A stretch of 26,392 nucleotides of DNA, taken from contig JACRKZ010000035.1 of the NCBI GenBank assembly GCA_016235455.1, positions 1 to 26,392 on the forward strand, written 5' to 3'. The number at the start of each line of letters is the position of its first letter. The first letter of the stretch is position 1. The translations under genes were made by a program, and so were the position numbers. The notes under the pieces were generated by a model, which did no database searches, was not told where the DNA came from, and worked only from the letters and a program-made list of their open reading frames with translations. The DNA is from Armatimonadota bacterium (GTDB lineage Bacteria > Armatimonadota > UBA10988). Below are positions 16,870 through 25,094 of this stretch, piece by piece.

Positions 16870-18578
16870 GGCGGTTCCGGCTGGTGGTGGCGGTCATTCT
16901 GGCGCTGGCGACGGTGGCGCTGCTACGCTACGCGAGCCACGACACGCCGCGCGCGCGGGCGCGCCAGACCAGCGTGTGGGCAGTGTCGGACCTGGTCACC
17001 GTGCGGCCCGACGACGCGCCGACCGCGAGCAACGCGGTGTGGGACGGCAAGTCGGTGCGGCTGCAGGCGGCCCGCAACGAGGTGGTGGCGTGGCAGGTGG
17101 CGCTGCGCCCGGCCAGTCCGGTCGCCGCCGGGCAAGTGACCTTGCCGGTGCTGACCAGCGACAAGGCCAGGCTGCCCGCCGAAGCCGTGACGGCCTTCAC
17201 AGAGCACCTGCTGACGGTCAAGGTGCCCAGTCAGGAGTCGGAGAGCAAACCTGCGTTGGGCCAGATGGGTGTCGGCGAGTTCGCCAACCAGCTTCTGCCG
17301 CTCATACCGGGCGACGCCAAGCACGGCACGTTCCAGGCCGCCGCGGGCCGTGCTGCCGCGCTATGGTTCGAGGTGGTCGTGCCGACCGACGTGGCGCCGG
17401 GCCTGTATCGCGGCACGCTGGCCCTGACGCTGATGCCCGGCCAGAAGGTCGACGTGCCGGTGGAATTGCGCGTGCTGGCACTGACACTGCCGCGCGAGAC
17501 GCATCTGCGCAACTGGTTCTACTACGGACCGGAGCAGCTGGAGGGCTTCTACGGCGCCGGCGGCAAGGCCGTCGAGTCAAGCTTCCGCCGCCTGGCCCAC
17601 GACCATCGCATCAACCTGGCCCCTGAGCTGTACCCACCGTCTGACGCCGCGCGGCGCGCCGCCTGGTGGTCGGAGCAGCATCCTTGGATCGACGGCACGG
17701 CCTACGAAGCTGGCCCGTGCGCCGGGGTGGCGCAGCCGGTGGTGCCCATCGGTCTGCCCGACCGCGAGCAGGCCACGGTCGAAGCCGTCGCGCGCGCTGC
17801 GGTGGCCGCGGCTGGCGAGCATGGCCTGGGCGACCGACTGCTGCTGTATGGCTACGACGAGCCGAACGACCGCGAAGCCTACGACGCGGTGCGCCGCATC
17901 GGCCGCTGGGTCGACGACACCGTGGGTGATCGGCTGCCGCTGATGGTCACGGAGTCTATCGCGCCGCAGGACCCGGCCTGGGGCAGCCTCGAGCCGGCGG
18001 TGGACATCTTCTGCTCGGCCCAGTCGAGTTCGTCGGACATGCGCCGCTGGCACGAGCGCGGCGGCAAGGTGTGGGTCTACAACGGCGGCCTGGCCGGCCC
18101 GGGCCTCATCGACTGCCCGCTGACCGGCGTGGCGGCTTGGGGGCCGTGCGCCTGGCGGTTCGATCTCGATGGCTGGTTCCAGTGGGACACGCTCTACTGG
18201 CGCCAGAAGCACGTTGGCGCGGAACACCTGACCGACCTCTACGTCGAACCACTGACGTTCGACGAGACGCTCAAACGGCGCGCCGACGGCAGCCTGTATC
18301 CGGCCCGCGATGCGCTGCGGCTCAACGGCGACGGCGTCTGGTTCTACCCCGGCGAGCCGGTGGGCCTGGCTGGCCCGGTGGCCACGCTGCGCGCCAAGGC
18401 CTTCCGGCGGGGCGCGCAGGACTACGAATACCTGTGGCTCCTGGCTCAGAAGGGCCAGCGCACGCGCGCCGGCGAGTTGGCCAGGCGCCTGTCCACGGGC
18501 CGCTTCAGTTACGAGACCGACGCCGATGCGTGGTCGCAGGTACGCGCCGAGGCGGCGCGCCTGTTGGTCGGAGAGTGA
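16866..18578 (+). CDS. Exported/anchored GH123-like (DUF4091) glycoside hydrolase (570 aa)
   Basis: ATG overlaps the upstream stop (ATGA). N-terminal hydrophobic segment; AARNEVVAWQV, VPTDVAPGLYRGTL, YGYDEP (adjacent acidic pair), NGDGVWFYPG...LRAKAFRRGAQDYEYLWLL (DUF4091-type C-terminus). Confidence 0.8.
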   Translation: MRRFRLVVAVILALATVALLRYASHDTPRARARQTSVWAVSDLVTVRPDDAPTASNAVWDGKSVRLQAARNEVVAWQVALRPASPVAAGQVTLPVLTSDKARLPAEAVTAFTEHLLTVKVPSQESESKPALGQMGVGEFANQLLPLIPGDAKHGTFQAAAGRAAALWFEVVVPTDVAPGLYRGTLALTLMPGQKVDVPVELRVLALTLPRETHLRNWFYYGPEQLEGFYGAGGKAVESSFRRLAHDHRINLAPELYPPSDAARRAAWWSEQHPWIDGTAYEAGPCAGVAQPVVPIGLPDREQATVEAVARAAVAAAGEHGLGDRLLLYGYDEPNDREAYDAVRRIGRWVDDTVGDRLPLMVTESIAPQDPAWGSLEPAVDIFCSAQSSSSDMRRWHERGGKVWVYNGGLAGPGLIDCPLTGVAAWGPCAWRFDLDGWFQWDTLYWRQKHVGAEHLTDLYVEPLTFDETLKRRADGSLYPARDALRLNGDGVWFYPGEPVGLAGPVATLRAKAFRRGAQDYEYLWLLAQKGQRTRAGELARRLSTGRFSYETDADAWSQVRAEAARLLVGE

Positions 18579-18580
18579 CG

Positions 18581-20311
18581 ATGACGAGATGGACGATGGT
18601 TGTGCTGCTGGCCGGTTGCCTGGCTAGGGGCCAGGAGGTCCAGCCGATCAGCGTGGGCCAGTCCATCTGGCGTCAGCAGCTCACCCAGCGCGAGATCGAG
18701 CGGCCCGACGGCACCAAAGGCCAGGTCCGCGCCGACGCCTACGGCTTCCGGCTGAAGACGGCCACGCAGGTGCGCGTGGTGCTGCGCAGCCACGGCACGC
18801 TGGTGGCGGTGATCAGCGATCCCGCTCACCTGGACGCCAAGGGTCAGCCAACCGAGTTGACCACGCTGCGGGCGGGTGAGGTGTTCGCCAAGGAGCTGCC
18901 TGGCGGCGAGTACATGGTGCTGGTGGCCGGCGATGTGGCGGTTGCGGCGGCCTACCTGCTGACCGTGGCCACGCCGCCCAAGGCGGCGGCCAGGCTGAAG
19001 GCGGTCACCGTCGAGCAGGCCGCGGGCTCCAAGGTGGTCGGTGCGTGGCAGTTGCCCAGCGCGCCCAAATCGCTGGCGCTCAGCCCCGATGGCGCCCAGG
19101 CCGCGTTCCACGACGGCACCGCCGCGTGGGTGGCCGACCTGGCCTCGGGCGACTGCTACCGGGCCGGCGGCGATGTCGGCCGGCTCCGCCGGGTGCTGTT
19201 TTCGCCCGACGGCTGGAGCCTGATGCTCGTGGGCGACACCGGCGCGAGGCTGTTGGCCCTGCCGGATCTGGTACCGTTCCTGGCGCTCAAGCCGTCGCCC
19301 GGCGCGGATGGCAAGCCGCGCCCGCTGGCCGACGCGGCGTTCTGCGGTCAGGAGCAACGCGTTGCGCTGTTGCCGGCCCAGGGCAACGTCATCCTTACCT
19401 CCCCGCTGCCCGACGACACGGCCACCTTGCCCAACACTGCCGGCGCCGCGCTGGACGGCGCTGGTGAGGCCGGCTGGTTCGCGCTGCGCCAGGGCGACCG
19501 GCGCTTCACGGTGGTCGAGGCGGACAGCCGCAAGCCCTTTGGCCAGACCACGCTGGCCGCTACGCCGGCCGCTTTCGCTGTCTGCCCGGCCGAGCCGGCG
19601 ATCGCCGTGGCGGGGCCGGGTGTTTCGCAAGTGTGGCGCGCAGTGCCGGGCGCCGAGGGCTGGAAGCTGCCGGACGTGCGCGCCGTGGCCTGGGCGCAGG
19701 ATGGACGGCTGTTCGGCGCCGATGGCCAGGGCGTGGCGCAGTACCTGAAGGACGTGCCCAACCGCCTGCAGCCGGCGCTGGTGGCCGACTACCTGGCGTT
19801 GAGCAGCGGCGAGAAGCCCAAGCTGCTGGCGGTGAGCGCCAAGGGCGATGCAATCTTGTGGGATCTGGTGGAGCCCGAGCCCAGCGAGGACGAGGTCAAC
19901 CTGGCCAAGGCCAAGCTGTCGTATGCCACCGGACTGGCGGCCTTCCGGGAAGGCAAGATGGTCGAGGCGCACGCGGCGTTCGCCATCGCGCGCGACCACC
20001 TGGGTCATCTGCCGCGCAAGGACGACCTGCCGGTGGTCGAGTGCCTGTGCTGGCTGCGCTCCAGCCAGGCCAGCTACATGCTCAAGGAGTGGGACCGCTC
20101 GCGTACCGAGGCCGTGCGGCTGGTGGAACTGGCCAAGGCGCTGCCGGCCGGTGAGGAGCGCACGTTCTACGTGTCCATGGGCCTCTATCGCCAGGCCGAC
20201 GCGCTGTGGGAGGCCGACCGCCGGCCCGAGGCAGTGCCCATCTACCGGGCCTCGCTGGAGGCGGGCCTGACCGGTCCCGCCGCCGCCGATGCGCGCACCA
20301 AGGCGCCGTAG
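18581..20311 (+). CDS. Secreted protein with N-terminal beta-sandwich (PPC-like), WD40-like propeller and C-terminal TPR-like helices (576 aa)
   Basis: ATG 18581 after GGAG; short signal MTRWTMVVLLAGCLARG; DAYGFRL...LPGGEYMVLV; LALSPDG, VLFSPDG, VAWAQDG, AILWD blades; YATGLAAFREGKMVEAHAAF and AVPIYRASL TPR-like. Confidence 0.75.
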   Translation: MTRWTMVVLLAGCLARGQEVQPISVGQSIWRQQLTQREIERPDGTKGQVRADAYGFRLKTATQVRVVLRSHGTLVAVISDPAHLDAKGQPTELTTLRAGEVFAKELPGGEYMVLVAGDVAVAAAYLLTVATPPKAAARLKAVTVEQAAGSKVVGAWQLPSAPKSLALSPDGAQAAFHDGTAAWVADLASGDCYRAGGDVGRLRRVLFSPDGWSLMLVGDTGARLLALPDLVPFLALKPSPGADGKPRPLADAAFCGQEQRVALLPAQGNVILTSPLPDDTATLPNTAGAALDGAGEAGWFALRQGDRRFTVVEADSRKPFGQTTLAATPAAFAVCPAEPAIAVAGPGVSQVWRAVPGAEGWKLPDVRAVAWAQDGRLFGADGQGVAQYLKDVPNRLQPALVADYLALSSGEKPKLLAVSAKGDAILWDLVEPEPSEDEVNLAKAKLSYATGLAAFREGKMVEAHAAFAIARDHLGHLPRKDDLPVVECLCWLRSSQASYMLKEWDRSRTEAVRLVELAKALPAGEERTFYVSMGLYRQADALWEADRRPEAVPIYRASLEAGLTGPAAADARTKAP

Positions 20312-20323
20312 CCGAGGACGTCG

Positions 20324-21007
20324 ATGCGAGTCCATGTCCTGCAACACGTGCCGTTCGAGGGGCTGGGCAGCATTCTGGCCTGGTGTCAGGCACGCGGCGC
20401 GACGGTGTCGTTCACGCTGTTTGGCGTTTCGCCCGAGCTCCCCGATCCCGACCAGGTCGACCTGCTGGTCATCCTGGGCGGCCCGATGAGCGTCAACGAC
20501 GAGGCTGAACTGCCTTGGCTGGCTGGCGAGAAGCGCTTCGTGGGGGAGATGGTGCGCGCGGGCCGCGCCGTGCTAGGTATCTGCCTCGGCGCGCAGTTGA
20601 TCGCGTCGGCGCTCGGGTCGCCGGTCTATCCGGGGCCACACAAGGAGATCGGCTGGCACCCGGTCTTCGCCGACGCCGGCCCAGCCGAGACCTTCGCCTT
20701 CGCCGCGCAGGTCGAGGTCTTCCATTGGCATGGCGAGACGTTCGACCTGCCGACTGGCGCGGTGCGGCTGGCGCACAGCGCGGGCTGCGCCAACCAGGCG
20801 TTTCAGGTTGGCGCCCGCACCATCGGGCTGCAGTACCATCTGGAGACGACGCCCGAGAGCGCCGAGGCGATCATCACCCACTGTGCCGATGAACTGGTGC
20901 CGGCGCCTTACGTCCAGAGCGAGGCCGAACTGCGCGCGGCGCCCGGCTCGCGGTATGCCGCGGCCAATGCGCTGATGGCCCGCGTGCTCGACTACCTCGT
21001 GCGCTGA
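20324..21007 (+). CDS. Class I glutamine amidotransferase (stand-alone, GMP-synthase-like GATase domain)
   Basis: LQHVPFEG, LGGPMSV, GICLGAQ (catalytic Cys), HWHGETFDLP, QYHLE (His-x-Glu). Confidence 0.93.
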   Translation: MRVHVLQHVPFEGLGSILAWCQARGATVSFTLFGVSPELPDPDQVDLLVILGGPMSVNDEAELPWLAGEKRFVGEMVRAGRAVLGICLGAQLIASALGSPVYPGPHKEIGWHPVFADAGPAETFAFAAQVEVFHWHGETFDLPTGAVRLAHSAGCANQAFQVGARTIGLQYHLETTPESAEAIITHCADELVPAPYVQSEAELRAAPGSRYAAANALMARVLDYLVR

Positions 21008-21022
21008 ACTAGCGGTCGAGCG

Positions 21023-21847
21023 TCATTCGCCCCAGAACGCCTCGCAGGCGCCAAAGAAGTAGGTCTCAATCTGCTCGGCCGACAGGCCCAGCACGTCGCG
21101 CATCAGGTCCAGGTCCTTGCGCACATGCACCGGCGCGTTGGCCGCCAGGTTTGACGGCGAGCCGTCGACGCCGAACATCAGCCGCTCCACGCCGCAGAAC
21201 GGCACCGCCTTGCGCAGGGCGTCCTCGCGCCAAGCGTCCGGCGTGCCTCGACAGGTGTCGATCCACATCTGGCAGCGCTCGGTCTGGTAGCCGCCGGCGG
21301 CGCGCATGCGGCCGAACACGGCAATGCACTCGTCGGTCCACGGCCAGCCGATGTGGGCCAGCGAGAAGCGCAGCCGTGGCCAGTTGAGGAGCGCCTCGTA
21401 GAGCACCGGCCGGCAGAAGCGCGAGCTGTCGCCCATGCCGTACAGGATGCCGCTGTGGAACTGGATCGGCTTGCCCAGCTCCTGCATCTTGTCGTACAGC
21501 GGCGCGACCAGCTCGCCGCACGGCTCCCAGTGGTCGGGGATCAGCTTGGTGCCGCGCAGGCCCAGGTCGGTCAGACCGCGCTCCATTTCCTCGATCATGC
21601 CCTCGGCCCGCGGGTTGGCGAAGATCAGGCCGCGGATACGCACCGGATCGGCGGCTTGCACGGCGGCGACGTGCTCGATGGCCCGGCGCACCTCGGTGCG
21701 TGTGACCGGCTCGCGGTAATCGCGCCCGCTGCCCGGATAGGCCGAGAACAGGTTGATCCGCTCGATTCCAGCGGCGTCCATCTGCTCCAGCACGTAGGCG
21801 CCCGTCTCATCGCCGCGAAGATGGCTGTGGCAATCCCAGATGCGCAT
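21023..21847 (-). CDS. Amidohydrolase_2 family metal-dependent hydrolase
   Basis: DCHSH metal motif, GLRGTKL, PIQFHSG, LAHIGWP, RLMFGVD. Confidence 0.9.
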   Translation of the reverse strand: MRIWDCHSHLRGDETGAYVLEQMDAAGIERINLFSAYPGSGRDYREPVTRTEVRRAIEHVAAVQAADPVRIRGLIFANPRAEGMIEEMERGLTDLGLRGTKLIPDHWEPCGELVAPLYDKMQELGKPIQFHSGILYGMGDSSRFCRPVLYEALLNWPRLRFSLAHIGWPWTDECIAVFGRMRAAGGYQTERCQMWIDTCRGTPDAWREDALRKAVPFCGVERLMFGVDGSPSNLAANAPVHVRKDLDLMRDVLGLSAEQIETYFFGACEAFWGE

Positions 21848-21852
21848 GACCG

Positions 21853-21889
21853 ACTCCCTCGGCGGGCCATTCGACCGCGCCGAGGGAGT
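21853..21889 (-). other. 12-bp perfect stem-loop between the ATPase and amidohydrolase genes
   Basis: ACTCCCTCGGCG (21853-21864) pairs with CGCCGAGGGAGT (21878-21889), 13-nt loop. No U-tract on either strand. The 3' arm on the minus strand contains the amidohydrolase SD. Confidence 0.7.
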
Positions 21890-21900
21890 TCCTGTCGCGG

Positions 21901-23229
21901 TTACCAGGTAATGCCGAGCACGCGCGCCGCTTCGTCCGGCGTGGTCACCCCGTCGATCACCAGCCGCGCCGCATGGCCCTGCATGGTGGGCAACGTGCCG
22001 GTGAAGGCTAGTTCGCGCAGCGTGGGCTCGGGTTCGCGCGCGGCGATGGCGTCGGCCAGCGCGCTGCTGACCTCGACGATCTCATAGACACCGGTGCGGC
22101 CGCGGAATCCGCTCTGGTGGCACGCCGTGCAGCCCCGGCCGCGGCGCCACGGGATGCCGCGGTCGGCGATGCCCAATGCCTCGGCCACGCTGGCAGCCAG
22201 CGGCGCGCGCACCTCCTCGGCACACTCGGGGCAGACCTTGCGCACCAGCCTCATGCCGACGATGCCACGCAGCGAACTGCTTACCAGGAACGGCTCCAGC
22301 CCGACGTCGAGCAGGCGCGAGATGGTGGCCACAGCGTTGTAAGTGTGCAGCGTGGTCAGCGCCAGGTGCCCGGTGATGGCGCATTGCACCAGCATCTGCA
22401 GGCTCTCCAGGTCGCGGATCTCGCCGACCATGATCACATCGGGATCCTGCCGCAGCACCGCGCGTAACAGGTAGGCAAAGGTGACGCCGCGCGCCGGGTT
22501 GACACTGGATTGCGCCACCCAGGGCAGGTCGAACTCGACGGGATCCTCGACCGACACGCAGTTGATCGCCTCACCGGCCAGCAAGCGCACGAGCGCATAG
22601 AGCAGCGTGGTCTTGCCCGAGCCGGTGGGCCCGGTGACCGTCACCATCCCGTGGGGCAGTCTAGCCAGTCGCTGCAGAGCGGCTTCCTCTTCGGGGAACA
22701 GCCCGAGCTTGTCCCACGGCGCGAGGGCCGTGGTCTGGTCCAGGATGCGCGCGCACAGGCGCCCACCGTGGATTCCCGGCAGGAAGCTGCCGCGCAGGTC
22801 AAGGCGCTTTTCGCCGTGCCCGAAGGCCAGGCGGCCGTCGGCCGGCAGGTCGGTGTTCTCCGGCGGCATGGCGAACAGCGTCTTGAACCGCGCCAGGACC
22901 GCGCGCGCCGCGGCGATGGGCAAGCGGTCGACCTCGTGCAGCGCGCCGTCGATGCGCAGGCGCACCACGCCGCCGTCGCGCTCCAGGTCGAGGTGGACAT
23001 CGCTGGCACCGGCCTCGATGCCGCGCCGCAGGTAGTCGTTGGCCCGCCGCACGGTGGAGTCCTCGGTGGACTCCGTGACGATACGCAGCACCTCGCGGGT
23101 GCGCTCCAGCAGGTCGCGCAGGCGCTCGTCGCGTGCCAGCCGGGCATCGATCGCACCGCTCTCGGCAGCGGTCAGTTGGCCGCGTAGATAGGCCACCAGG
23201 TCGTCTTGGGTCGGGCTGAAGTCAGACAT
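21901..23229 (-). CDS. PilB/GspE-family secretion ATPase with N-terminal anti-sigma-like helical domain (442 aa)
   Basis: ATG 23229 (AGGAG upstream, 8-nt overlap with the sigma gene). GASDVHL, RLRIDGALH, PADGR, Walker A GPTGSGKTT, Asp box SVEDPVE, LRQDPDVIMVGEIRD, His box TGHLALTTLHT, CPEC...CTAC Zn motif, GRTGVYE. N-terminus DDLVAYLRGQLTAAESGAIDARLARDERLRDLLERTR. Confidence 0.9.
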   Translation of the reverse strand: MSDFSPTQDDLVAYLRGQLTAAESGAIDARLARDERLRDLLERTREVLRIVTESTEDSTVRRANDYLRRGIEAGASDVHLDLERDGGVVRLRIDGALHEVDRLPIAAARAVLARFKTLFAMPPENTDLPADGRLAFGHGEKRLDLRGSFLPGIHGGRLCARILDQTTALAPWDKLGLFPEEEAALQRLARLPHGMVTVTGPTGSGKTTLLYALVRLLAGEAINCVSVEDPVEFDLPWVAQSSVNPARGVTFAYLLRAVLRQDPDVIMVGEIRDLESLQMLVQCAITGHLALTTLHTYNAVATISRLLDVGLEPFLVSSSLRGIVGMRLVRKVCPECAEEVRAPLAASVAEALGIADRGIPWRRGRGCTACHQSGFRGRTGVYEIVEVSSALADAIAAREPEPTLRELAFTGTLPTMQGHAARLVIDGVTTPDEAARVLGITW

Positions 23230-23773
23230 CGTCCATCTCCTGGAGAACGGCGCGCAAGCGGCGCCGCGCGGCATGGAGCCGCGACTTGATCGTGCCGAGC
23301 GGCACGCCGAGCTGGTCGGCGGCGATGCGTTCGGGCAGGTGCTGCTCGGCCACCAGACGCAAGACGTCGCGCTGGTGGGCGGGCAGCGTCGCCGTGGCCG
23401 CAACCAGGCGCCGATGGGCCTCGCGCTGTTGGGCCGCGAGGGCGGCGTCGACAGCGGGTGGTTCGGGCACTTGGTCGAGCGGCTCGGTGGCGCGCCGCGC
23501 CTCGCGGCGGCGCAGGTTGAGCCAGTGGTGTTCGGCACGACGCAGCACGAAGGCCGCGAAGCGGCCCGTGGCGCGGTAGTCAGCGCGGCTGGTCCAGAGC
23601 GCGATGAGCAGATCCTGGACCGCGTCGTCCACCGCGGCGGCATCGCCGAGTAGCGGTGAGAAGTAGCCGGCCAGGCGCGGCCGCCAGCGGCAGACGAGCT
23701 GCGCGAACGCGTCGGCATCGTCATGATCCCGGATGCGCTCCATCAGCTCGGCATCGCTCAGGCAGTCGACCAT
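23222..23773 (-). CDS. ECF-family RNA polymerase sigma factor
   Basis: SDAELMERIRDHDDADAFAQLV, region 2 VDDAVQDLLIALW...FAAFV, region 4 LPAHQRDVLRL...IAADQLGVPLGTIKSRLHAARRRLR. Start is ATG 23773 (GGAG 8 nt upstream) or GTG 23779. Confidence 0.93.
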   Translation of the reverse strand: MVDCLSDAELMERIRDHDDADAFAQLVCRWRPRLAGYFSPLLGDAAAVDDAVQDLLIALWTSRADYRATGRFAAFVLRRAEHHWLNLRRREARRATEPLDQVPEPPAVDAALAAQQREAHRRLVAATATLPAHQRDVLRLVAEQHLPERIAADQLGVPLGTIKSRLHAARRRLRAVLQEMDDV

Positions 23774-23791
23774 CGGCACGGCTCCACCTGA

Positions 23792-23818
23792 TCAGGTCGC
23801 GGCCGGCGCCAAGGTTCA
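23792..23818 (-). promoter_or_regulatory. Candidate ECF-type autoregulatory promoter
   Basis: Minus strand TGAACC (23818-23813) - 16 nt - CCTGA (23796-23792) directly upstream of the ECF gene; the AAC-containing -35 is typical of ECF promoters. Confidence 0.45.
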
Positions 23819-23831
23819 CGCACCGGCGCGG

Positions 23832-25091
23832 TCAGGTGCCGTTCTTCGCGATCTCTTGCCGCAGGCGGTCGGCCTGCGCCTTGTCGAGCGTGTCCAGCAG
23901 CCGGGCCTGCTCGCCGGCCAACGACTTGTGGCCCAGGTTCAGGTAGGTGATACCCAAGGCGTAGCGCAGGTTGGCATGCCGACCGTCGAACGACAGCCCC
24001 TTCTGGCAGGCGGCCAGTGCGTCGTCATAGCGGCCAAGCGAGTTGAAGCAATCGGCCAGGTTGGAGTAGGCCAGCGCCATGTCGGGCTTGAGCGACAGCG
24101 CCTTGTTCAGATAGCCGATGGCCTCGTCGGTGCGCTTCTGGCGGAAGCTGACCACGCCCAGATTGTTGAAAGCGATGGCCAGCGTGGGATCGATCTTCGT
24201 CGCGCGCAGGTAGCATTCGCCGGCGCGGTCCAGATTGCCCAGCTTCTCATGGCAGATGGCCATGCGCAGCCACACATCGGCCACATCAGGGTCGCGCCTG
24301 GTCGACTCCTCGAAATAGCCGAGCGCGCCCTCGAAGTCGCCGCGGCTGAAGGGCCGCAGGCTGCACTTGTCGAGCAGTGCCGTGGAGCTGGCGCGCCAGT
24401 CGCCCGGCACTTCCTTGGCGCAGTCGGCCAGACTGCGCATCGGACCGGCGCGGAGCGCCTGGATGTAGGATGCCGGCACGGCGAAATTGAGTCCCTGGCC
24501 CGCGGCGACCACCTTGTTGTCGGTGGTGATCGTGCTGGTCTGCATACCGACCACCTGGCCTTGGACATTGAAGACCGGTCCGCCGCTGTTGCCCGGCGAG
24601 ATGGCTGCCGTGTGTTGCAGTACCGTGCCCAGCGTGGGCAGCTCGCGCAGCGCCGAGATGATCCCGACCGAGCTGGTCCATTCGAGGCCCAGCGGCCCGC
24701 CAATGAGCAGCACGGTCTCGCCTTCGGCCGGGAGCGCGGCGGTGGTGGCCAGGGGCGTCACATCGATGAACGAGCGGTCCAGCGCGCAGAGGGCCAAATC
24801 CCAGTTGCGTTCCTCGGCCAGCAGCCCCACGATTTTTGCATAGCGGCCGTCGGCCAAACGGATCTCGGCGCGATCGCAGCCGCCGAGGACGTGGCGGCAG
24901 GTGACCATGCGGTCGGGTCCGATGAGCCAGCCCGTGCCGGTGCCTGGCAGCGCCTTGGCCGGGTCGTAGGCCACAATCGACACGACAGCCGGCTTCACCG
25001 TGCGGATCAACTCCGGCAGATCGGCTGCCGCGGTAACACCACACGCCAGCCAAATCACCAACCAACAGACTGACGGACGCCGCATCTTCAT
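23832..25091 (-). CDS. Exported trypsin-like (S1C/Trypsin_2) serine protease with C-terminal TPR repeats (about 419 aa)
   Basis: Signal MKMRRPSVCWLVIWLACGVTAAA; catalytic triad motifs VTCRHV, DLAL, ISPGNSGGP; about 5 TPRs (AIAFNNLGVV, ALAYSNLAD, LRYALGITY). Alternative start at 25085. Confidence 0.9.
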   Translation of the reverse strand: MKMRRPSVCWLVIWLACGVTAAADLPELIRTVKPAVVSIVAYDPAKALPGTGTGWLIGPDRMVTCRHVLGGCDRAEIRLADGRYAKIVGLLAEERNWDLALCALDRSFIDVTPLATTAALPAEGETVLLIGGPLGLEWTSSVGIISALRELPTLGTVLQHTAAISPGNSGGPVFNVQGQVVGMQTSTITTDNKVVAAGQGLNFAVPASYIQALRAGPMRSLADCAKEVPGDWRASSTALLDKCSLRPFSRGDFEGALGYFEESTRRDPDVADVWLRMAICHEKLGNLDRAGECYLRATKIDPTLAIAFNNLGVVSFRQKRTDEAIGYLNKALSLKPDMALAYSNLADCFNSLGRYDDALAACQKGLSFDGRHANLRYALGITYLNLGHKSLAGEQARLLDTLDKAQADRLRQEIAKNGT

Positions 25092-25094
25092 CGA

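Noticed and set aside
23222-23724. Possible sigma-ATPase fusion by frameshift (the ATPase frame stays open 165 codons upstream)
   Set aside because: The ATPase has its own AGGAG + ATG, the sigma is complete with its own stop, and no slippery sequence is visible.
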